Shown here: one piece after another, positions 57,972 through 64,000 of the stretch
How the letters are laid out: each line of letters opens with the position of its first letter
How positions within the stretch are numbered: position 1 is the first letter of the stretch
Assembly: GCA_963664815.2 (NCBI GenBank)
Contig: CAXXHB010000003.1
Location: forward strand, 800,001-864,000
Direction of reading: 5' to 3'
Length of the DNA stretch: 64,000 bases
Source of the DNA: Spirochaetota bacterium
Lineage (GTDB): Bacteria; Spirochaetota; UBA4802; UBA5550
Position numbers and translations under genes: made by a program
Notes under the pieces: generated by a model
Told to the model about the DNA's origin: nothing
Seen by the model: the letters and a program-made list of their open reading frames with translations, nothing else
The model's database searches: none

Positions 57972-59261
57972 TTATCCCCTGTACCTGTAAACCTTCATAC
58001 CCGGTTTTATATCACTGCTGCTCCCTGATATAACTTTGCATTTCACAACAGTCATCATGGGGAATGTTGCACGGAGAATAATCACCCTGTCACCTGAATA
58101 AACGCAGAGTTTATCCCACATCTTCACGCTGCTGGCGATATCACTTCCATCTACAAGTATCTCTCCGGAAGTAACGGATTTCAGTGTCCCGACCAGTAGC
58201 CCAGCTTCTATTGCTCCATTCTCCTGTTTTACTGCAGGGTAAGTATTCAGAATCATTCCCCAGTACAATTTCATTACAGATGCAGCACCTTCATGAAATC
58301 CATTGGCCTGACTGAACTGAGGTTTTATAACCATATTTCCTTTCCTGTCTATGAAGCCCCATTTTCCCGTTGATTCATCCAGCACGGCAGCCAGTCCTTC
58401 ACTGAAACCATTCACATAATGAAATTGCGGTTTTATAACAAACTCGCCGCTTTTATTTATGTAACCATAGAATTTTCCCTTCTTAGCGGGAGATAAACCC
58501 TCTGAAAAACTCCGGCCTTCATCAAACTGAGGCTGGATAAGAAAATTCCCGGTTTTATTAATATATCCCCATTTATCACCCTTTTTAACGGCTGCGATCC
58601 CTTCGACAAAATAGATCGCCCTTTCAAATTGTACCGGAATAATCATCTTCCCTTCCTTGTTGATATACCCGTACTTTCCGTTCTTTTCCAGCTGCACAGG
58701 GGCCAGGCCCTCATTAAAATAATCAGCTGTTTCATAGATGTAATCTGTTACAACTTTACCATCTCTGTTTATGTATGCATATTTTCCGTTTGAGGTTTTT
58801 TTAACCCTGGCCATGCCGTCCCAGAATTCACCTGCGGAATCAAACTGCGGCTCAATTACAAAGTCCCCTTTGAGATCAATAAATCCGAATTTTCCATCTT
58901 TAACAGCGCTTGCAAGGCCTTCATGAAAGTACAGGTAATACTGGTGAACAGGTTTTATAATATAATCACCGTTTCTGTCTATAAGACCGCATTTGCCATC
59001 AGCTACAGAAGCTGTCCCGTTTGAAAAATCGAAGGCCTTTTCGAACTTCGGTTTTATTACAACTTTACCATCCCTGTTAATGAAACCGTATTTACCGTTT
59101 AATGCGAATACTGCAAGTCCCTCGGAAAAATTGCCAACCCACTGGAAATCCGGCTTAAGCAGCCATGTGATTCCCTCTTTTTCTGCAGAATAGGAAACCA
59201 CATTTACAGCAGAAATTATAATAATAACAAAAAGAAGGTTTTTAAAATTGTTCCGTTTCAT
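57972..59261 (-). CDS. Secreted WG (KWG-Leptospira) repeat protein with an unnamed C-terminal beta domain
   Basis: Signal peptide; about eight F.EGLA.V...GK(Y/W)G(F/Y)I...G..VI.PQF repeats; C-terminal TFPMMT module. Confidence 0.9.
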   Translation of the reverse strand: MKRNNFKNLLFVIIIISAVNVVSYSAEKEGITWLLKPDFQWVGNFSEGLAVFALNGKYGFINRDGKVVIKPKFEKAFDFSNGTASVADGKCGLIDRNGDYIIKPVHQYYLYFHEGLASAVKDGKFGFIDLKGDFVIEPQFDSAGEFWDGMARVKKTSNGKYAYINRDGKVVTDYIYETADYFNEGLAPVQLEKNGKYGYINKEGKMIIPVQFERAIYFVEGIAAVKKGDKWGYINKTGNFLIQPQFDEGRSFSEGLSPAKKGKFYGYINKSGEFVIKPQFHYVNGFSEGLAAVLDESTGKWGFIDRKGNMVIKPQFSQANGFHEGAASVMKLYWGMILNTYPAVKQENGAIEAGLLVGTLKSVTSGEILVDGSDIASSVKMWDKLCVYSGDRVIILRATFPMMTVVKCKVISGSSSDIKPGMKVYRYRG

Positions 59262-59488
59262 ATATTCTCCATTTATTTAATTACAGCCTGTCTGACAACT
59301 CCACATACCTGCCGGATATATAAAAAGGCACCGGTTTTCTGAATTATACACACATCCTGTTGCCTGTCAATCTTTAACTGTCAGGTCATAATCTTGATAT
59401 CCTGCACATTAATTTTCATGTCAATTCTTGACAAAAAACCGGTACTATATAATGTTGTGTCAATTTTAAAAATCCGGAGGAGTCTGTT

Positions 59489-60118
59489 ATGAAAGAGATC
59501 AATATAAATAACTGGAAAAGAAAAGAACATTTCGCGTTTTTTTCAAGAATGGATTACCCGCATATTAATCTCTGCTTTAATGTTGATATAACATCCCTTA
59601 TCTCAAAAATAAAAGAGGAGAGATATCCCCTCTACTATACATTGATCTATCTTTCAACAATAAGCGCGAACCAGGTTGAAGAATTCCGGTACAGGATAAG
59701 AAATGAAAAAGTGGTACTTCATGAATTATTAACCCCTTCATTCTCGTATATGGATGATGGTAGCGACCTGTTTAAGATGGTAACTGTTGAGATGAGAGAG
59801 AGCCTTAAGGATTTTATTGATGATGCAAAGATCAAGTCGGCCTCACAGAAGGAATATTTTGTAGCCGGGGATTTTATTGACCGGGATGATTACATATTCT
59901 ATACCTCCATACCATGGATTTCATTTACCCATATATCCCATACCATAAACCTGAATAAAAACGATTCTGTTCCAAGAATATCCTGGGGTAAACATTTTGA
60001 AGACTCCTCGAGGATATGGCTCCCTTACTCGGTTCAGGTGAACCACTCCTTTGTTGACGGTATCCACATAGGAAAATTCAAGGAGGTTCTGGAGAGCAAC
60101 ATTGATAATTTTATGTAG
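59489..60118 (+). CDS. cat: Type A chloramphenicol acetyltransferase family protein
   Basis: WKRKEHF.FF, SIPWISFT, PRISWGK, QVNHSFVDGIH (catalytic HxxxD retained); GGAGG RBS. Confidence 0.8.
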   Translation: MKEININNWKRKEHFAFFSRMDYPHINLCFNVDITSLISKIKEERYPLYYTLIYLSTISANQVEEFRYRIRNEKVVLHELLTPSFSYMDDGSDLFKMVTVEMRESLKDFIDDAKIKSASQKEYFVAGDFIDRDDYIFYTSIPWISFTHISHTINLNKNDSVPRISWGKHFEDSSRIWLPYSVQVNHSFVDGIHIGKFKEVLESNIDNFM

Positions 60119-60185
60119 CAGAAGATATATGAAAGGATAAACACTGTCTATATAGTATATCTTCAGTAGTCTTTACCTCTCTGAC

Positions 60186-60268
60186 CCCGCACACTTCGCA
60201 GCTCTCAGCTCAGTGCGGCGCTTACCCCGGGGGTACTTTGTCGCTACGCTCGGGCGCCCGGAAGGGGC
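60186..60268. repeat. GC-rich palindromic / REP-like tract
   Basis: CCGCAC..GTGCGG, TACCCCGGGGGTA, CGGGCGCCCG and TCGCTACGCTC within an AT-rich intergenic region. Confidence 0.5.
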
Positions 60269-60402
60269 AAAACATATTTTAACATATAAAATTTTTAAAA
60301 AATATGCTTGCCCCATGTCATTTGCTTTTCCGCACTGGTTATAGGAGACATAAGTTTCAATATAACGAGAAAATAATAATAATAAATAAGGAGTGTATAT
60401 CT

Positions 60403-60972
60403 ATGGCAAAAGTAAAGCTTCATCCCTATTTAAGAACTGCGCATGGCGGTCTGGATGGTCTTGTATTTTACAGACGCTATGGTAAAATCTATATTAAAGC
60501 ACGTACAATCCCATCAAACCCACGAACTGAACCGCAAGTGAAGTGCAGGGGTAATTTCGGCGGCGGCGTAAAGGCCTGGCAGGTTCTTCCGGATGAGGAG
60601 AAGGCTCTTTACAGAAACAGGGCAAAGAGGAAGAGAAAGTCAGGGTATAACCTTTTTATGTCTGAATACCTTCGCGGCATTGCACCTAGTTCACCTGTTA
60701 CTCCATCGGGAAATAGCGGAAAAGGGGATGCAGTGGTTGTATCCGCCTCCGGTGAAGCTGCAGAATATACATGCTGCTATTCAGGAAACAGCAGATCAGC
60801 AGATGGACAGAGTAATATTAATGCAGCAAAAGATAAAAGTAAATCTGCTAATACGGGACTTAAGCAGTATGAAAACGGTGTTAAAAACCGTTTCAATACC
60901 GTTTCAACACCGTTACCGGCAGAGAAAAACGCGCGTTTAAAGCTGTATGCATCGTGTTTGAGGCGGAATTGA
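60403..60972 (+). CDS. Basic hypothetical protein, putative DNA-binding
   Basis: AAGGAG RBS gives start MAKVK (60403); G.LDGLVFYRRYGK.Y..PSNPRT..Q...R..F..W..L..EEKALY..A..SGYNLFMSEYL, then a low-complexity tail. Confidence 0.75.
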   Translation: MAKVKLHPYLRTAHGGLDGLVFYRRYGKIYIKARTIPSNPRTEPQVKCRGNFGGGVKAWQVLPDEEKALYRNRAKRKRKSGYNLFMSEYLRGIAPSSPVTPSGNSGKGDAVVVSASGEAAEYTCCYSGNSRSADGQSNINAAKDKSKSANTGLKQYENGVKNRFNTVSTPLPAEKNARLKLYASCLRRN

Positions 60973-61166
60973 AGTGAAATTGAAGCGAAACTGACTTTTC
61001 TGTAAAGAGAGTCGGGATTTTGTCTTAAATCTGTCCTGTTATTACATCTGAATTGTCTGATGTCCGACCTGAGAATGTTCGTGCAGGGTATTTCTGTACG
61101 CATAAAATCATGCCAATCCCTTAATAGATTAAAGACTCCTCTCCCGCTCGACGCTGACGCTGGAGC

Positions 61167-61197
61167 ACCCTCTCCCGGCCGAAGTCCGGGAGAGGGT
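61167..61197. repeat. 12-bp perfect GC hairpin related to the DUF559-flanking repeats
   Basis: ACCCTCTCCCGG-CCGAAGT-CCGGGAGAGGGT. Confidence 0.7.
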
Positions 61198-61433
61198 ATC
61201 TGGCTTGAACCGGTTTTTTTTATACACAGAAAACCTCTGTACAGGGTGCGGGAGCGGTTGTAATGCGGATGAGGGCATTCAGACAAGCATCCCCGCTCAA
61301 CTCTGATACTTCCGGAATCGGGAGATTTAAAAGAAATTGAAAAAAATAAAATTTTTCAGTTTTATCCGGGCGAACACGTGGCGAACAGATGGCAAAGAAT
61401 TTGTATGAAGATATTTTACACTGTGTAGTGATG

Positions 61434-61474
61434 TCTTATATAACAATTTTAAAATGCTGAATTGTTATATAAGA
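61434..61474. promoter_or_regulatory. Perfect 15-bp inverted repeat upstream of the hsdM remnant
   Basis: TCTTATATAACAATT-N11-AATTGTTATATAAGA. Confidence 0.55.
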
Positions 61475-61643
61475 TAAAGGTATTTCAGCAAAAAGATTTA
61501 TACAGATATAGTTTTATGTGCAGTGTTATGCTGAATTTTTAATTTAATAAGGTTTTTATGTATATTCAGGTTTTACTGTTTGACAGGCAACGTCAGATAT
61601 GTCTGTAAATTGATATAGAAATAAAAATAATATCAGGAACCAA

Positions 61644-62354
61644 ATGCCTAAAAAAGAACCGGACTTAAAACCATCCAGAAAGACAAATACAAATGCCGCC
61701 AATATCGGCTTTGAAGAAAAGCTGTGGCTCGCTGCTGACAAGATGCGGAACAATATGGATCCCGCGGAGTACAAGCATACTGTGCCGGGACAGCTGTTTT
61801 ATTCAACAGGTATACCGGTATCGCTATGGTTTGTAAACCGCAACAAGGAGAACCCCAGGTTCAGAAGCAGAAAGGGAGAGACTCTGTTTATTGACGCACG
61901 GAAGATGGGGGCTCTGATTGACAGGGTTCACAGGGAGCTTTCTGATGAGGATATTAAGAGGATTGCGGGGGCGTATCATGCGTGGAGGGCTTCGACTCCG
62001 CTCAACCAGCGTAATGGAACTGAACAGTTAGTTTCGGCTCCGCTCAACCAGCGTAATGGAACTGAACAGTTAGTTTCGGCTCCGCTCAATGACCACGGAG
62101 CCGAAGGGTGCAGTTCGGACTACACTGATGTTCCCGGCTTCTGCAGGTCTGTTAAGATTGAAGAGATTCGGGAACATGAATATATTCTTACACCTGGCAG
62201 GTATGTTGGGATTGAAGAGAAGGCTGATGACGGGGAACCTTTTGAAGAGAAGATGCAGAGGCTCACAGAGGAGCTTGAGGAACAGTTTGTTAAGAGTGAG
62301 CATCTGGATAAGAGGATAAGGGAGAATTTGAAGGGGATTGGGTTTGAGGTGTGA
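61644..62354 (+). pseudogene. hsdM: Type I R-M methyltransferase HsdM with an in-frame internal deletion of the catalytic core
   Basis: N-terminal GFEEKLWLAADKMRNNMDPAEYKH joined directly to C-terminal PGQLFYSTGIPVSLWF..LFIDAR..LTPGRYVG..DDGEPFEEKM; no DPxCGSGG or NPPF motif; 236 aa versus about 500 typical. Confidence 0.85.
61991..62105 (+). repeat. In-frame 42-bp tandem repeat (2 units plus a partial palindromic unit) inside hsdM
   Basis: TTCG(A/G)CTCCGCTCAACCAGCGTAATGGAACTGAACAGTTAGT at 61991 and 62033; TTCGGCTCCG..CGGAGCCGAA hairpin at 62075-62105. Confidence 0.92.
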
Positions 62355-62403
62355 CCTACTACGTAATTGTAGATTGCTTTAGAGGGATATTATGGAGTGA
62401 TAA

Positions 62404-64000
62404 ATGGAAGATAAATTATATAATTATTTAAAAAAAGTATACAATGACCAGCTTAAAGAGAATAAACTTTTAAGACTTTTTATAACAACATGGAGTAGTT
62501 TGAAAACCTCATATGTTGAAACAGATCAATTAAAAGGTGCCGATTTATACAATATTGTTAATAAATTATATGAAGGATATATTCCACAAACATCTTTAAC
62601 CAAAGATGAAAGTAGTTTATTATTTCCTGATGAACAACTAAATTCAGCTAATGATTATAGATGTAAATATATTTTTCTAACAAATACTAGAGGAATCGGA
62701 GATTATAAAAATGAACAACCCTATGGTATCAGTTTATTAAAAGATAAAGCCATTCAGAATGCTGTAATCATTGGGCATAATGGCTCTGGCAAATCTTCAA
62801 TTTTTTCAGCAATGGAATATATTTATTGCAATGATCAAATCGGAGAAAAGTTATATCGAAATTATAAAGAAAGCAGTATAAGATATCTGGAAAATGAAAT
62901 AACAAAAAAAAGTTCAAATGTAGAGATTTCAACACCAAGTGGTATTTTTTCATTAAAGAACAAAATTTCAGATATTGAAGAAGTCTCAAATACAAATCCT
63001 TCAGTTTCATTCATAAGCGAGTATGATATACTTATTAATTCACAAATAGAAATTAATGATGACAGTTATACAATTGAGATAGCTAGAAAACTTGGATTTA
63101 TTGATTTTACAAATTTTAAAACTAATCTTGATGCAATAATAAAATACCAGTTTAATCGAAGTACTAAAAGTACTGATTATAAGAAAGCAGTTGATAAGTT
63201 AAAAACAATTGAAGCAAGTATTAACAGGATTACAAATGAAATAGAAACACTTAGTTCAAAAATTTCTTCATATACTCTTGATAATTATAATAATGATTTC
63301 TCTAAAAAGATAAATGAGATTGATGAATTGATTAATAAACAAATTAACTTACCTGATATTAATACAATTAAAAAGAATGGTGATGAATTTATAAAATTTT
63401 TTGAACAACTTAATCTAATTAAAAATAATACTCAGAGAACTTTAGAATCAGCAAAAGTCGATTTTCTACAACATGGTTTACAATTTCTTGAAGTTGAAAA
63501 AAACTGTCCATTCTGTTCAGATTCAAGAAAAGATTACCAGGTTATAAAGACTGAAGTAAATGAAACTATTATTTCATATAAAGATTATACAAAATTAAAT
63601 GAAGAAGTAAAGCAATACTTTGAAAATACAGTTCATAAACTTATTTACTTATTAGATTCTCTTAGAATAATTTTAGAAATATTTGATACGGAAATATATT
63701 TTCCAGTTAATGAAGAATTAAATGCACATTACAAAGTTTTATTAAACGATGTGAACACGATTATAGGAATAATACCTTATGATGAAATTTTGGAAGAATT
63801 ACATTCTATTAAAGGTAATGGCTTTATTGAAAATGATAGAAATAAATTATTAGATTTAATTCAACAATTTGGTGAAAACCTATTTGCTGAAAGTTATTAT
63901 GCTGAGATTAGAAATAAAATAAGCTCCAGAGATATTCTTTTAAAGGAAATCAAGGACGGTTTATTGAAAAAGTCTGCCGTGCGTGGATATGATGAAAAAA
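62404..64000 (+). CDS. Rad50/SbcC/SMC-like ABC ATPase with zinc hook (3'-partial)
   Basis: Manual translation is open for 532 codons to the window edge; GGAGTGA RBS; Walker A GHNGSGKS (62773-62796), coiled coils, CPFC (63505-63516); very AT-rich; absent from ORF track. Confidence 0.88.
   Translation, partial: MEDKLYNYLKKVYNDQLKENKLLRLFITTWSSLKTSYVETDQLKGADLYNIVNKLYEGYIPQTSLTKDESSLLFPDEQLNSANDYRCKYIFLTNTRGIGDYKNEQPYGISLLKDKAIQNAVIIGHNGSGKSSIFSAMEYIYCNDQIGEKLYRNYKESSIRYLENEITKKSSNVEISTPSGIFSLKNKISDIEEVSNTNPSVSFISEYDILINSQIEINDDSYTIEIARKLGFIDFTNFKTNLDAIIKYQFNRSTKSTDYKKAVDKLKTIEASINRITNEIETLSSKISSYTLDNYNNDFSKKINEIDELINKQINLPDINTIKKNGDEFIKFFEQLNLIKNNTQRTLESAKVDFLQHGLQFLEVEKNCPFCSDSRKDYQVIKTEVNETIISYKDYTKLNEEVKQYFENTVHKLIYLLDSLRIILEIFDTEIYFPVNEELNAHYKVLLNDVNTIIGIIPYDEILEELHSIKGNGFIENDRNKLLDLIQQFGENLFAESYYAEIRNKISSRDILLKEIKDGLLKKSAVRGYDEK

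Noticed and set aside
59428-59453. Consensus TTGACA/TATAAT promoter for cat
   Set aside because: The two perfect hexamers are only 14 nt apart, too short for sigma70, so it is not reported as a feature.
60777-61286. 169-aa minus-strand ORF
   Set aside because: It overlaps the 60403 gene antisense and runs through the palindromic repeat (PSPGLRPGEG is the translated hairpin); no family motif.
61991-62105. 42-bp repeats as a mini CRISPR array
   Set aside because: The units are fully tandem with identical 'spacers', lie in frame inside a CDS, and no cas genes are present.

Overview
Gene-dense, roughly 40% GC (by eye) chromosomal window from an anaerobic bacterium, most likely Spirochaetota. 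That assignment is an inference from an OmpL1-like porin, a KWG/WG-repeat protein, DUF1566 proteins, a 2-oxoacid:ferredoxin oxidoreductase operon and a split B12-dependent MetH. Most of the window is metabolic, transport and signalling genes. I saw no rRNA, tRNA, CRISPR array, transposase, integrase or reverse transcriptase. The points of most interest are: (1) an unnamed ~75-aa module with a TFPMMTxxKC motif, fused N-terminally to a DUF1566 protein and C-terminally to a WG-repeat protein 50 kb away; (2) a DUF559 endonuclease gene bracketed by GC-rich palindromic repeats, a REP/RAYT-like arrangement; (3) a ~105-113 bp element with terminal inverted repeats in three copies, two of them at identical distance upstream of consecutive start codons; (4) at the right end, an in-frame internally deleted hsdM carrying translated REP-like repeats, followed by a very AT-rich Rad50/SMC-like ATPase with a zinc hook that the ORF track misses, probably the start of a defence island; (5) a membrane-bound 7TM-PAS-LuxR regulator with a perfect palindrome in front of the next gene, and a V4R-PP2C-FIST-kinase signalling cluster. 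All product calls come from motif recognition by eye; no database search was run.
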